Assembly (NCBI GenBank): GCA_964016885.1
Contig: CAXHJY010001167.1
Location: forward strand, 10,620 to 74,619
Direction: 5' to 3'
Source of the DNA: Eledone cirrhosa
Taxonomy: Eukaryota
DNA: 64,000 nucleotides
Both the position numbers and the translations under genes were made by a program. Under the pieces are notes generated by a model, which ran no database searches, was not told the DNA's origin, and worked only from the letters and a program-made list of their open reading frames with translations. How positions within the stretch are numbered: position 1 is the first letter of the stretch; each line of letters opens with the position of its first letter. This document shows positions 14,961 through 29,600 of this stretch, one piece after another.

Positions 14961-17399
14961 AGAATCGGGGACCCGACGACTGAATTCTTGCTATTTCAAC
15001 AGCTAATATTAATTTATTATTATACGATTTTCAGTCAGTGATCTGCGCGTATGTTGGGACGCCACTTTGAATTGATCTAGTCTAAATTACTCATTTTTTT
15101 TTCGAATGGCTGAGCTTTACACCCGGCAGTGAATATATACCACTTTATATCGGTGTACACATGTATAAACCAACATACTGTGAAACCATAGTTAAATACA
15201 TACCTGCTTATATATAGACACCTCGAACTATATAGGTTTAGCTGGCCTCCTACAAGGTTGCATCTCATAGGTTTTTCGCTTTTTTAATGACAGCGTCTCA
15301 GTTCATTCATGAAAAGGAACGTACTATGAAGTTCAAGATGACAACGCACCGCCTATACTCACGATTTCAACATCACAATCACCAAGTCACTTCTTTACTG
15401 TCTGTAATTTGTTTTAATTGTTTCGACTAATGCCATTAAATATATGAACTTATGTTTCGGTCTATTCGACTTCGTCAGTATATTGCAGTCTAATCGAAAA
15501 TATCTATCTGTGCGTAGAGAATTAAGCCGAAATCTATATCCAAACTGTCCTTTACCTGAGCATGTACATTAACTTGAAACATTTTTTTTTTTTAATATCT
15601 CACCTTTTTGGTAATAATTGGCTCTGGATATGTTGCTTTCTTTCTCTAACTTACAAAGAGGTTGCAATAAAACAATCATTCCAGTTACTCTTTGTAAGTT
15701 ATAACTGTAAACTGATCTTCATAATTCAAAATAATTTTTGCTTGTTTATTTACTCTGAACAAGACATAGTGTCTATAAAACCCATGTTTTCCTCTACCAT
15801 TCAGGTGAAGTAGAGATTGGAGAAGGATATTAGCATATATTTAGAGATAGCGTACTATGTATTCAAGTTTTAGAATAGCTGCAGCATATCCCCGTGTGTC
15901 TCTAACAGACGATTAAAAGGGTGACAAGAAGGGCACCCGCCCATAAAACTCTGCCTTAGAAATCCCGTCGACCTCATATCAGCATAAGAGAGTGGACGAA
16001 TAGACATAAAACCTGACGATGATGATGTTGTTGATGATGGACTCTGAGGACTGCAAATCTGACGCACACACACTTCCATATGTATATAAAATATTCAGTA
16101 TTTTCCGTCTGAAAACTGGTTAGTGTATAATATTCTCCCTCAAATTCTTGGCCGTACAAACAAGTGTTGCTTTGACTAAAGGATATTCTTTTCCTGTAAT
16201 AAAAGACAGCAACCATACCTCACATTTTTTTTCGAAGGGCGGCGAGTAGAGGTGGGGGCCTTGAGATTTGATTTCCTATATTGTATATGAACCATTTTAA
16301 TACCAAGCAATCTGAAACCATCCCTGATTCTACGATACCAAGTTCTTTATTTAAAGTGTTTATATTTATCTAAAAATCTCCTTCCTAATTTTATGCATGA
16401 AGCTCTCTTAAGTTATGTACTAACTTAATGAAAAAGTTAGTTATATTACCAGATTCCTACAAATTCTTTTCAAAATTACTTGAAAGGGTTAAGGTGATGA
16501 AGTGGCACTGTTGTTAAAGCGTAGAACAAGATCGCCTGCAGTAGTTGTTCCTGCATTCTAAGTTCAGAATGAAATACTTTACAGCTAATGATTGTAACCT
16601 GATGAAGTATATTGTTACACTTAGTAAATACTCGACGCCTGAGTATTTAACGCCTGAGGCTAACTCTACAATGTTTGCTCCCTCTCTTCCGGTTATATAT
16701 CCCATTCTTTCAAATATAATAATTTAAAGTATAATAATTTCAACTTACAGTTTGGTAAGATGACGAACCCAGTTTGTGACACTTCTTGCCCTGACAATAC
16801 AAAGAAAATCTGTAAACCTGCATTTTCTACTACATATTCCACACTTACCCATGTCAAATATTGTGATAGGTCTTAAAACCATTCGGCCCTCTTCCCCGCT
16901 TAGGATATTTCTGTAACACTGCTACAAGTTAAACGTGTAGTGATTTATTTATTGATTGCAGGAAATTATTACACATTTATTTGATGACACAAATTTGTAT
17001 AAAACTATGATTCTTTAAGGTTCAGCAATGCACATTTCTGAGGTCTGCACTCTATGTGGCTGCCTTGTTGGCCTTAATGGAAGTGCTGACTTTGGTTACA
17101 CCCATTAATGCTTTATAATTGTTCCGACATACCCCAGTACAAAGCATATTGATCTTTTTTAATCACATTTGTGGTCAGTCAGATTGACTGTGTTCCATGA
17201 TCGGGATTCGCAACATGCCTTTGTGAGGAAAACATTTTCTCCTCATAGTTCCGTTTCTCCTTTATATGTATATATCATTATATCATTATATATATATATA
17301 TATGAAACTACTTCGCATTTTCTTATTTTATATATATATTATATATATATATATATATAAAATAAGAAAATGCGAAGTAGTTTCCGATGTTAAAGTCCT

Positions 17400-17700
17400 T
17401 TATTGACAAGGCTGTGATACATATTTCGATGACGAAAGGGACAGAAAGAACACAACTAGTTGGAAATTACAAGTACAATCCATTAATGGAACAGTGAAAA
17501 TATGTAAAACATTCCAAAAATGTTGCAACTCAAAACATACACATCCAGACATACAATAACATCCATATCTACACATGCATACATACATAATCTACCTAGT
17601 TGATGTTGTGTAAATTCCAATGAGAGAGTCTTGTGTCTATGTTAGAAACCGACTCTCTCTCTATTGGGAAAAAATTTGTGAAATTATAAAACCAGAAGAA
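17400..17700 (+). mobile_element. Second 3' fragment of the R4/Dong-like element
   Basis: Homologous to 3480-3811, with the same 3' terminus AAAACCAGAAGAA followed by CATACATA. Confidence 0.65.
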
Positions 17701-18148
17701 CATACATATACACACATATTCCCCCACTCCTTACATGACGTCTTGCTGAATGTTGCATAGTTCCAAATGGTTCAGCGACGCAAGTTGTAATTATGTACGA
17801 CGCCGAATAAGTGTAATTCCGTGCTGTAGAGTTGACAAGTGATCTTTTGATTTGTATGGTTGACTGGGGGCTTATTTCCAAATATTTTGGTTAATGCCAT
17901 GGGAACTGTAGCAAGGAACCAATACAAAAGTCCATGGAGACCCATGAAAGAGATGTTGACAATGAAAACTACTACTACTACTACTACTACTACTAATGCT
18001 GCTACTACTACTACTACTAATGCTGCTGCTGCTGCTGCTGCTACTTTCTTTATTGATCCCAAAGCCCCATATATACAATACAAGCGTATGGAGATATATA
18101 TGTATCTATATATACATGTCGACATATATAAACACACACACACACGCG

Positions 18149-18230
<82 letters not shown>

Positions 18231-19284
18231 CTCAGGTTCCATTCATTTCTCGTCACCTTTTACAAAATATTTCTTTCCCTAAATCGCTCAAGTAATTTCG
18301 GTCTCCATATGCTCTGGGGCCTGACATGGACCCTTTCCCAGATAAATTCGTTGGGCAAGAAAGTACTGTCTTTTGCAAAAAACTTTATCCTTTCTTTCTC
18401 AGTTTCCAAGAGTTGTCTCCAGTCGAGCCATTTCTTTAGTTCTATAAAACTAACGAATGATAGAACCTTGTTATTGTCGTTGCTCTTTGTACTATATTTG
18501 TTCATTAAAATGAATATTTCAGCAATATCTTCTTTTGTTTGCATTTTTAGAATAAGGTTCTGTATGCTTATTTGTTTTTGTTTAATAATAAAAAATATAT
18601 AATTTAATGGCATATTTAATTGCATTACTACTGTCACCAATGTCGCGAGCCTCCCTTCATGCGTGTAAATTTTGCAAATAGCTTTGCTAAAACAATGTTT
18701 AAAACGGTTTATATTGTCAACAGATAAACCTTATATCTACCGCATATAATGAGAAAGGAGTTAAAATATTCCGAAGAACTTTTTCGGTAATAAGACCAAA
18801 AATGACATTTTGCTCAAAGGTTATCGTCAGCTATTGAGTGGGGCATTGAGATGTTCTTTATGGGCTTCGGACATCTTCTAATTATTTTATGTAAGATATA
18901 TAATATACATAAGGATCATGGTTTAAAAAATGAGGCCATTACAAAATGAACTCGTCCTCGATGATGATGACGATAATTTACATTGGCACAAGTCACACAT
19001 GTTATGGGACGGGAAATAATAGATTAAAGGAAACTGGAACCTGAGTACACCTGTGGTATGTAACTTATGAACCTATAAAAGAAATGAGGAAAAATATTAT
19101 GCCATTTAAAATCACTTTCAGTAGTCTGTGAATTGACACGCTCAAATTTTGAGATTCTGTTATCGTTAAAAACGAGTATGACATTGTAGATCAGTGGTCC
19201 TTTTTCACTTGCAATCCTGGGTTTCCTCAATTCCTCCTTGGTTTTGAATTGTCATCTTGTGGCCGTTTACCCGAACACAATATT

Positions 19285-19500
19285 AATATTGGCAGTATTG
19301 GTAGAGCGTCCGACACACATGTTTTATGGCATAGGGTCACTCCTCTTTACGATCTGAGTTCAAATCCTGCCGAGGTTAGTTTTGCCTTTCATCCTTACGG
19401 GGGTAAATAAAATGAAGTACCAGTAATGTACTGGAGCCGATTTAATCAACTTTCTCCTCCCCCAAAATTGTTGGCCTTGTGCCTGAATCAGAAAGCAATA
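19285..19500 (+). mobile_element. Meta-type tRNA SINE
   Basis: GAGTTCAAATCC B-box and the GCCTTTCATCCTTACGGGG core. Confidence 0.7.
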
Positions 19501-20159
19501 TTATGAACAAGCTTTTCAAACTTCATTAACTGTATAGTGACAAACTTGATTGTAGTGAAGCAAGTCTTTTGATAATCATTAATTCGTGTTGGATACATTA
19601 GTATTTCATTTCGTATGTATACACAATATACACTATTCTTTTCCATTCTGGATTCCTTCCTGATTAATATTCCTCTCCAGTTTCTCCCTGTCTAAAATTC
19701 CTCCCACAGGAGCCAAGTACCTCCCGTTTGAGAATTGCTGTTGTAGATTAACTTATAAAGGACTGCTATTATACTATAAAGTGGTTTTGTTATTTTTGTT
19801 GTTATTGTTGTTGTTACTGCTGCTGGCTGTTGTTGTTTACGCCTAGATTTAGTCCTTATTGTGCAGAACTATGATCAAAATCGTTCTAGCCAATACCATG
19901 CGGAGTTTCATTTAATTATAGTGTGTCGAGGCACATATTATCCAATACGTGCTTCCTACTTTAAGTCGACAGGGTGTAATTTAGGGGGAGATATGGTCGA
20001 ATAAACATACAAAGAGGCTCCCACGTCGACTTCGACTTGCCGTGAAAGTGCTTCAAGCATAGCTGTTGTAAAGGCGTGTGGCTCACTGGTTAGGGTGCAT
20101 GGCTCACAAGCGTAGAGTTTTGAGTTTGATTTCCAAACCGGGTGACACATAGTTTCCTT

Positions 20160-21003
20160 GAGCAAACTATTTTATTTCATGTTGACCTAGTCTACTGAGC
20201 AAAATACTTTATTCCACGTTGACCTAGTCTACTGAGCAAAATACTTTATTCCACGTTGACCTAGTCTATTGAGCAAAATACTTTATTTCACGTTGACCTA
20301 GTCTACTGAGCAAAATACTTTATTTCATGTTGACCTAGTCTACTGAGCAAAATACTTTATTCCACGTTGACCTAGTCTACTGAGCAAAATACTTTATTCC
20401 ACGTTGACCTAGTCTACTGAGCAAAATACTTTATTCCACGTTGACCTAGTCTACTGAGCAAAATACTTTATTCCACGTTGACCTAGTCTACTGAGCAAAA
20501 TACTTTATTCCACGTTGACCTAGTCTACTGAGCAAAATACTTTATTCCACGTTGACCTAGTCTACTGAGCAAACTACTTTATTCCACGTTGACCTAGTCT
20601 ACTGAGCAAAATACTTTATTTCACGTTGACCTAGTCTACTGAGCAAAATACTTTATTCCACGTTGACCTAGTCTACTGAGCAAAATACTTTATTCCACGT
20701 TGACCTAGTCTATTGAGCAAAATACTTTATTTCACGTTGACCTAGACTATTGAGCAAAATACTTTATTTCACGTTGACCTAGTCTACTGAGCAAAATACT
20801 TTATTCCACGTTGACCTAGTCTACTGAGCAAAATACTTTATTCCACGTTGACCTAGTCTACTGAGCAAAATACTTTATTCCACGTTGACCTAGTCTACTG
20901 AGCAAAATACTTTATTCCACGTTGACCTAGTCTACTGAGCAAAATACTTTATTCCACGTTGACCTAGTCTACTGAGCAAAATACTTTATTTCACGTTGCT
21001 CTA
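20160..21003. repeat. 37-bp minisatellite (~23 copies) amplified from inside a tRNA-derived SINE
   Basis: Unit GAGCAAAATACTTTATTCCACGTTGACCTAGTCTACT repeats head-to-tail with no spacers. Preceded by a tRNA-like head, GGCGTGTGGCTCACTGGTTAGGGTG...GAGTTTGATTTCC (from ~20073). Confidence 0.9.
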
Positions 21004-21434
21004 GAAAAAAAATGAATTACGAAGACACTGGTGCCAAGCTATATCGACTTTGGGTTTTTTCTTGGCCAAATTCGGTGGCGCAGAGAGGAGAATTTTGTAT
21101 ACATAGGTAACTGATGGTCGTCAACAAAACCCCTTCTCTAGATATGTTTCCGGGAATAGCAACCCTATAGTTAGGCAATCATGGGTGCAAAGTCATTAAA
21201 AGTAAGGTTCTGAAGCTTTTTGGTCACAAAAAACGTTCACAAAAAGGTCATTCTAAAACATGTATGGAGGGTACGATTCGGAGTAAATGAAATAAGGGTA
21301 GACCACCGAGGCACAGGCGAGATAATGTCTATAAATCGTCTCGTCTAAATTTATATTGACACAAAATAGGAAACTTTGGGAAGAACTAAGTTATGTTAAT
21401 ACACAATCTGCCATATGTAGAAGACACCTAATGA

Positions 21435-21620
21435 TAATTGTTTCTACTTTTGGCACACGGCCAGCAATTACCCAGTGCATTACTGGTACTTTATTTTATC
21501 GACCCCGTAAGGATGAAAGGCAAAGTTAACCTCGACGGGATTTGAACTCAGACCGTAAAGGGACGTAACTATGCTGGAAAGCATGGCGTCCGACCCTCTA
21601 CCGATACTGCCAATTCACCG
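21435..21620 (-). mobile_element. Meta-type tRNA SINE
   Basis: Reverse complement of 9836-10008. Confidence 0.75.
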
Positions 21621-22678
21621 ATGATATCAACTAACCAGTTAGTCGTAGATAATAACCAATTGAGTTTGAAACTATTGAATTGTTCTTTAAAAGATGGAAG
21701 CCTTTTTTTAATAGAAGAACTAGTGTTAAGTGCATCTTGTATGTATGTATGACCTTCTGGGTTTATTATTTTATAAATGTTCGTCATGATTTCCTTATAA
21801 AACAGTTCTAGTCCTGTAGAAGCCATTTCTATATTACACATTTATGCTCTTCTATGTATTGAATATCTTACTTACTGTGGTTACCCCCGATTGAACTCAG
21901 GATACACACATACACACACACACACGCACACACACACACACACACACCCACACACACACACAACATAAATGAGGAATCAAAACATAACAGAAATGTTTAG
22001 AATTTTGTTTTTCTCAATAAGGAAGCTCAATAGACTTTATCAAACATATCTTTTAATTTGGTTATTATGGCTCAAGATAAAGTCTATTCACCATACGTAT
22101 TGAGAAACACAAAATTCTAAACATATCTGTTATGTTTTGATTTATCATTTGTATCTAATGACTCCAAACCATTTAATGCTTCAAACTTGTTGAGCTGTGT
22201 GGCTATAAATACCGTTCCTATTTCTAGCAGTACTATCGTCTATTTGCCATAGGTTTAACGTTATTTCATCATGTGCTTCTCAGTATGGTCGTCGCGTTGG
22301 ACCTAGCTGTGATATTCCTAGGTATATTGATTTATTTACCATCTTCATTCTATATTTCCCTTAGAATAGTGAGACTAAACCTCTGAAGAGTACCTGAGTC
22401 TCATGTAGTTTAATCAAAATCGATAGTTTGTCTTCGATGATCGAATATATTGATTGATTTTTTTTCTTTCTTTCGATGATCGGTTACATAGATCATTTTT
22501 AGCCATACTCTCCAGATATGAAATAGCGCTATAACTTTTCACTCATGATTCCATCTATGTACATATTCTTCTATTGAATATGTATTTGGTATATATACAA
22601 TATACCGTGTTTCTCTTACGATATATGGCTCTTTCTCTCTATATATAAACATATATCGTTTAATTTGGTTATATATAA

Positions 22679-22716
<38 letters not shown>

Positions 22717-22776
22717 AACTCGTCCCATGGACTGAGTGCTCTACCACCACGGTATTACCTTCCAGTGTTCCACCAC

Positions 22777-23290
<514 letters not shown>

Positions 23291-23639
23291 TGACGTCAAA
23301 CATATACACACGTATTCAGCCCTTTCCATATTGCTATGAATTTAAAAAATTTAATATACCTAAATTAACAACTTGACTCTTTCATTTGAATTTAGACAAC
23401 ACCAGCTTGGTAAATAGGTATCTATGCTTGGATGTCTTTGTGTGTGCAGGTACAGATGTTATTACATGTGTGGATCTTTGTGTGTGTGTGTATGTATGTA
23501 TGTATGTATGTATGTATGTATGTATGTATGTATGTATGTATGTATGTATGTATGTATGTATGTATATATGTGTGTGTGTATGTATAACGTATATATGTAT
23601 GTATGTGTGTGTATGTATAACGTATGTATGTATGTGTAT

Positions 23640-24009
23640 GCATATGTATGTATATGCGCGGGGGACATAGAAATAATTGGACTGGATAACCGATCACGTG
23701 GTTAAAGCACTGGGAGTGAAGGACCCCTAGCCTCTGTCAGGGCATTCTTCTAGGAGAAGGCAACTCAGGAAACTGGGATAACTCCGACATAAAACCTGCG
23801 GCTCAGTAGTTACCGATGATGTTGATCTTTTCTTCTTTTCGGGTTATAGCTACTGTCGCTCAGAGAGTGGGATTGGCTCAGTGCACAGTCTTTCCTCACT
23901 TTAAAAATAATTTTCACGCACAGGCATTGCACGATAGCATTATTTGATAACTATTAATAATGTTATATCGTGCAATGGCCATACTCGATAACGAGGGGGC
24001 AGCCATCAT
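23640..24009 (+). mobile_element. RTE-related non-autonomous element family 2
   Basis: Reverse complement of 3951-4200. The 3' end is duplicated at 24145-24182. Confidence 0.65.
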
Positions 24010-24269
24010 CTTGTATGTATGTATGTATGTATGTATGTATGTATGTTTTTTTTTTATTTATTTATTTATTATTATTATTATTATTTTTATTTATTTATTT
24101 TTTATTTTATTTTATTTTATTTTTATTTATTTTTTTTTTTTTCTTGTGCAATGGCCATACTCGATAACGAGGGGGCAGCCGCCCAAAATGTATATACACT
24201 TTAATTACCTATACAGGCAATATTTATTAAAATGCTGTTGAAGTGTGTATACATTTTTTGGACACCCTG

Positions 24270-24301
<32 letters not shown>

Positions 24302-24690
24302 TGTATGTATGTATGTGTGTGTGTATGTATGTATGTATGTGTGTATGTATGATTGTAGAAGGCAATGAATGATGCCCTATGTGACAGAACATGGGTTGGA
24401 CGGGTTTGTCCCATTTAGAGGCAATATTGGATCTATCTATCTGTCTGTCGGGCCTGTCTGCGTTCCCTTCTGTCGTGCCTGTCTGTCTGCCTGTCTGTCT
24501 GCTTGCCAGTCTACTTGGCTGCCTGTCTGCCTGCCTGTCTGGAAATCACTGATGCAGCAAATAAAGATGAAGTCAGACTGTCTGACTGACAGCGCCGCCA
24601 CGAGTCCAGAAAGGAAGAGATGAATTGTGTGAACAGGCGTGTTCAGACCCTAATGTGATGTGTGTGGCTCAACTCAGCGTATGTGTATGC

Positions 24691-24731
<41 letters not shown>

Positions 24732-24952
24732 TGTGCATGTGTATGCGAGTGTGTGTGTGTATGTATGTGTGTGTATGTATGTGTGTGTGTATGTGTATGT
24801 ATGTGTGTGTGTATGTGTGTATGTATGTGTGTGTGTATGTGTATATATGTGTGTGTGTGTATGTATGTATGTGTATGTGTGTGTATATATGTATGGGTAT
24901 GCGTGTATGTGAGTATGTGTGTGTATGCGTGTGTGTGTGTGTATGTGTTTGG

Positions 24953-25023
<71 letters not shown>

Positions 25024-26339
25024 GCTGCTAAGTGGAGGGACCGTGTTTTCTTTTGTGTATTGTTATGCTGGTGTTGGTAGTAATGGTGGTTATGATGGTG
25101 TTTTTCGCGTATGTTGTTTTGGGATTGATGACTACGTTATTTTTGTTGTTGTTGCGGTGGTGGTGGTGGTGGTGGTCATCGTGGTGTTGCAGTTGCGATG
25201 GTCATCGTGATGGTGTTGTAGTAGTTGTAGGGAGGGGGTAGTGGCGATGATGTTGTTGTTCATGTTGCGGTGGTGGTGCTGGTGGTGGTCGTCGTTGTCT
25301 TTGTGATGGTGGTGTAGTTGTTGTGGGTAGTGCCCGGGATGTTGTTGTTGTTGTGGTGGTGGTGTTGGTGGTGGCCGTCGTCGTAATAACGTTGAATTTG
25401 TGGTGGTGGTGTGGTGGTGGTTCCTGTGATGTTGACTTTACTGCTGTTATCGTGCTGGTGTTGATGATGATCGTGGTGGGCCTGGTCTTAGGTCATGTAA
25501 TCCTTTTGCTAATGTTAGTGATGATGACGATAATTGTTTTCGTGGTTACGGTAGGGGTGATTGTGGTAATGGTGGGGTATTAGTGATGGGGGTCATAGAA
25601 GTTATGGTTTCTGTGGTGGTGGTGATGGCGGTGGTAATTGTGTTGTTAGAGAAAGCAAGCTTAGTCTGTCGTCTGCTTGAACATAATCACCTGGCCTTTG
25701 GATGCCTTTAGAGGAATGCCGTTTGTTGCACGCATTCGAATCAGACCCACAACTTGAGAATACTTTTCTTCTTCCCTCTTACAGGTCTCAGAGGCAATGA
25801 AAAGGGTCATGAGCACCGAACTTCCCTTTCAGATTGATGCAATGCTGATGATATTGATGGCGGTATATTAAGTACGTTCGATAGAATTGGGTTGGGGTTT
25901 GGGGATTCAATATACCACTAATATAGAAGTGATCTTTTTGGAGGCGTGCCAATGTACGGCTGTTCATTACTCACAGTAAAGGCAAGTAAAGAGTTTGAAA
26001 CATTGGCACGTGTAATAAGCTATCTGTATGACCACTCCCCTCTCAGGCTTTGAAGTTTGGGTGGTCTACAGTCGTCACACTATGTCTTTCCTCGTGAGAT
26101 GCTTTCAGTGCATCTTAGAAATTATAAGAAGCATGTGCCTGACACTGAAATAATTTCAATGACCAACAACAAATGTATTAAGACTAATCACCCAACAGCA
26201 TCTGCAGTCTATGGGGAACATGACAGTTATGAAGATGATAATAGTAATAATAATAATAATGATGTTGGCGACGAGATGATGATAGCTGATGGCGACGGCG
26301 ATCATCACAAACTTCACCATAACCACCACCACCACTATC

Positions 26340-28130
26340 AACATCACTACAGATATCACAGACACCAACAACAATGTCCCAACCAAACTCAACCAAACCC
26401 TCATTTGCAACAACAAACGCAAACCAAACGAATGAAAAATCGCACGAATTACACAGCCATAAATACAACAAAAAAAAAAAGAAGAAAGAAACTGGTGCAC
26501 CACTTCAAACCCAACACTACAATTCACAGAAAATGATTACATTACCTCCAAAGAGATTACACAACATGCATACAGATCATACACATCACACAAGAAACAC
26601 ACTAATTTCAAGGCAAAATTCCCCACTGCAATTGGGGACTTCTACACTACATTATCAAAACGGATATATGAGATTCACTCATCTGACAGGGTGGAAGGAC
26701 CATTATCTCTCCATCCACAAGAACAGACTAAGTAACCTTTTCTCACTTTTCCTCCTCTTTATTTAACATGGCTTTCCCCAGGATTGGCAGTATAAATGCA
26801 CGTGGCCGGGGGCCGTCTTGGAAGCAGGGCCACATGCTAGACGACCCCAGGTCACTGAACATAGATGTAATGACCATCAGAAAGACAAGAATTTCCGACG
26901 CACAAGCCATTTCACCCATATTTTACGGCTATGAAGTGTTCGAATCTCCAAGCCGACCGAGATTTGGGTGTGGAGTCGCTGTGTTGATTCGGAAAGGCCT
27001 GGATTTCACGATACGGACCATCTTCCTGAAACCAGCGACGAGCCTGCCTTTACGCTAGTGGCTGTTTTTGCCTCTATATGGGCAGAAAGACCTGATTTCT
27101 TCAGGTGCCTGGAGAACATTCCAGAAACGTCCTGGCATGCAATCAGATTACGTGATTTCCAGCTTTAACTCAAAGGAGAACAGGTGTAATCTCCCTTTGT
27201 TAGACTTTGTTGCAGTCCTGGATCAAGCGTAAACTGAGAGGGAGTTCATGGAAATTAGAATGTCTTCAAGCGCTCACAGCCGTCACCCAATCGGGCAGTG
27301 CAATCGGTGGAAACTCCTACTCGGCGTTCTGTAGAGGGTTAGTGGTGGGGGAAAATGACGAAGTTCTTGGGAGAGTTAACAAAATTCAACGAGCGACTCT
27401 TTTCCTGAGGACCTTCCAGAAATAGATAACTTTCAGAAATCCTTCGCCTGGCAGTGTTACCGGGGAGCTTTGCCAGTTTGAGATAAACTCTACAGGCATG
27501 GAATCCCGTTCGCCGGGCCTTTCTAAGAAGCATGCAGGGCAATGAAACCGTTCTGCATACACTCTTCAAGTGTCCGAGAATTGTTGACTTGTGGTTTTCT
27601 GCCGAATACTTACTGTCACGTGTGGCATGAATCCGACTATCAACTGTGTCCATTGTGAAAATCTTCCGCCGTCTTCTTTGATTGTTGAAGGACAAGCAGT
27701 TTTTATTTGTCTGGTGAGCATGAGAAAAGTGGTCATGTGGTGGATGCGTTTGAATGGGCTAAAGACAAACCCCTTTATCTTAAGAAAAAATCAGGGTGGA
27801 GAGGGAAATGCTGCCTTACTATCAGTTTGTTGAAACTGGGTGAGAGAGGTCAGCATAATCTGAGTGAATGGGCTTGCTCTGGGTATGCACATGAGTATAC
27901 ACCTGAGAGAGGAAACTTACTTGCCCTAGTAGTCAAGGATACCGTGGCTTTTTGTGGGCTTTCTCCACGAGTGACCCTCGTATCTCTCCCTTTTGGTGGA
28001 ATTTGTTAAGTTTGATTATTTAATCTTTGAGGTAAACCTTTCTTGTACACAAAAACTAACACACTGGACCATCGTGAGTCGTCTTTATTGTCATCTTAAT
28101 GTAAGCCCTGTGGGGCTAATAAAGAAACCA
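26340..28130 (+). mobile_element. Old, internally deleted Tx1/L1-clade LINE
   Basis: MAFPRIGSINARG..SWKQG..DVM (26768) parallels MANIRVGCVNSRSLGMSWKQG (43529). It then jumps to the ORF2 C-terminus (ECLQALTA, AVFICLVSM). The 3' end GCCCTGTGGGGCTAATAAAGAAA resembles 47162-47188. Confidence 0.7.
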
Positions 28131-28508
28131 TTATGTTTGTGGCGATGAGAGAGAGGAAGAGGCAGTCATTTGTTTCTACTCAGACTATTAAACGTATCCT
28201 TTTTCACATTAATTACCAATAATAATAATAACAATAATAATAATTGTCCCCAGTCTCTCTTTTACGACTTCATCTCAGTTTGTGTGTGTGGGAGTGAGTA
28301 TATATATGTGTGTGTTTGTGTGAGTGTGTGAGTGTGTGTGGTATGTATGTGCGTGTGTGTGTGTGTATGCGCCTGTGTCTGTGTGAATGTATGTATGTAC
28401 GTGCGTGCACAGGCACCTTTACTTATTTATTTAGTTGATAGCTATTCCTCTTTCCAGACACGCGGCGTCACTTGTTCCGTTCTGAAACCTTGAAGTCACC
28501 GTCTGGTT

Positions 28509-28551
<43 letters not shown>

Positions 28552-29479
28552 CATATATATATATATGCATGCAATACACGCGCGCTCACAAACATATATT
28601 TGGAGGTATATATCTATACATATATCTGTGTTGATATCTGTATGTTTGTAAACATATGTATGTATGTATGTATGCATATGTGTATGTATGTATGTATGTA
28701 TTATGTATGTATGTATGTATGTATGTATGTATGTATGCATGTATGTATTATGTATGTATGTATTATGTATGTATGTATGTGTGTATGTATTATGTATGTA
28801 TTATGTATCTATGTATTATGTATGTATGTATGTATGATGTATGTATGTATGTATGTATGTATGTATGTATGTATGTATGTATGTATGTATGTATGTATAG
28901 CTATAAGGTTACGAGAAGTTGGTAAGTAAAATACACTGAGAGAATATCAATGAGGGTGGGTGGCTGACCTTTTTTGAAAATAGTTTCCACTTGAAATGGT
29001 TAGTTTATTCCAGTGCAACTCCACAGCGAATATAGACTTGTAATATAAATATACAGACACAGACACACAAACATCCTAATGTAAACATAAACGGATGCAC
29101 AAACTAACATACAAACTCACATATAACGTGTTGGATTTCAGTTGATTCGATCAACGTGAAAGTGATTGAACTTTCCACAGAAACGTGCACACTTAAATTA
29201 GTTTCAAGAGAGATTCAGCATGACACAGTATGTGACAAGGTCTTCCCTTATGAAATTACAGGTACAACACATTTTATGCAGTCCTGCCAACATCTAAAAA
29301 ACCCAAACGAGGAGTACCATGAAAAAAAGTGACCCCAAACGAAGAGAATTGAGGCAAATGGGGAGATTTTACATAATGAAAGCTATACTCATTTTCACAA
29401 GAGAAGACATCTCTCATCCACTCCAAAGTGGGTGAGAGATGTCTCCGTCCGACGAGGGGAGTTGACAGGTCTGTGTATT

Positions 29480-29600
29480 AAGCAATGTAAAATAAAGCTT
29501 GTTCAATAAAGTTTGTTCAAGGACACAGCAGGCTGTTGGGATTCGAACCCACGACGTTGTGATCGTGAGCCGAACACCCTAACCACTAAACCACGCACCA
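29480..29600 (-). mobile_element. tRNA-derived SINE head
   Basis: Minus strand GGTGCGTGGTTTAGTGGTTAGGGTGTTCGGCTCACGATC...GGGTTCGAATCCC contains A and B boxes; no complete acceptor stem. Confidence 0.55.

Noticed and set aside
20160-21003. CRISPR-like 37-bp periodicity
   Set aside because: Units are contiguous with no unique spacers, there are no cas genes, and the context is eukaryotic.
25785-25982. Exon-like segment after a polypyrimidine/CAG acceptor
   Set aside because: All three frames hit stops and the donor is only GC-type; not supportable as coding.
29480-29600. tRNA gene (also 48075-48150 and other SINE heads)
   Set aside because: A and B boxes are present but there is no complete cloverleaf or acceptor stem; they continue into SINE bodies.
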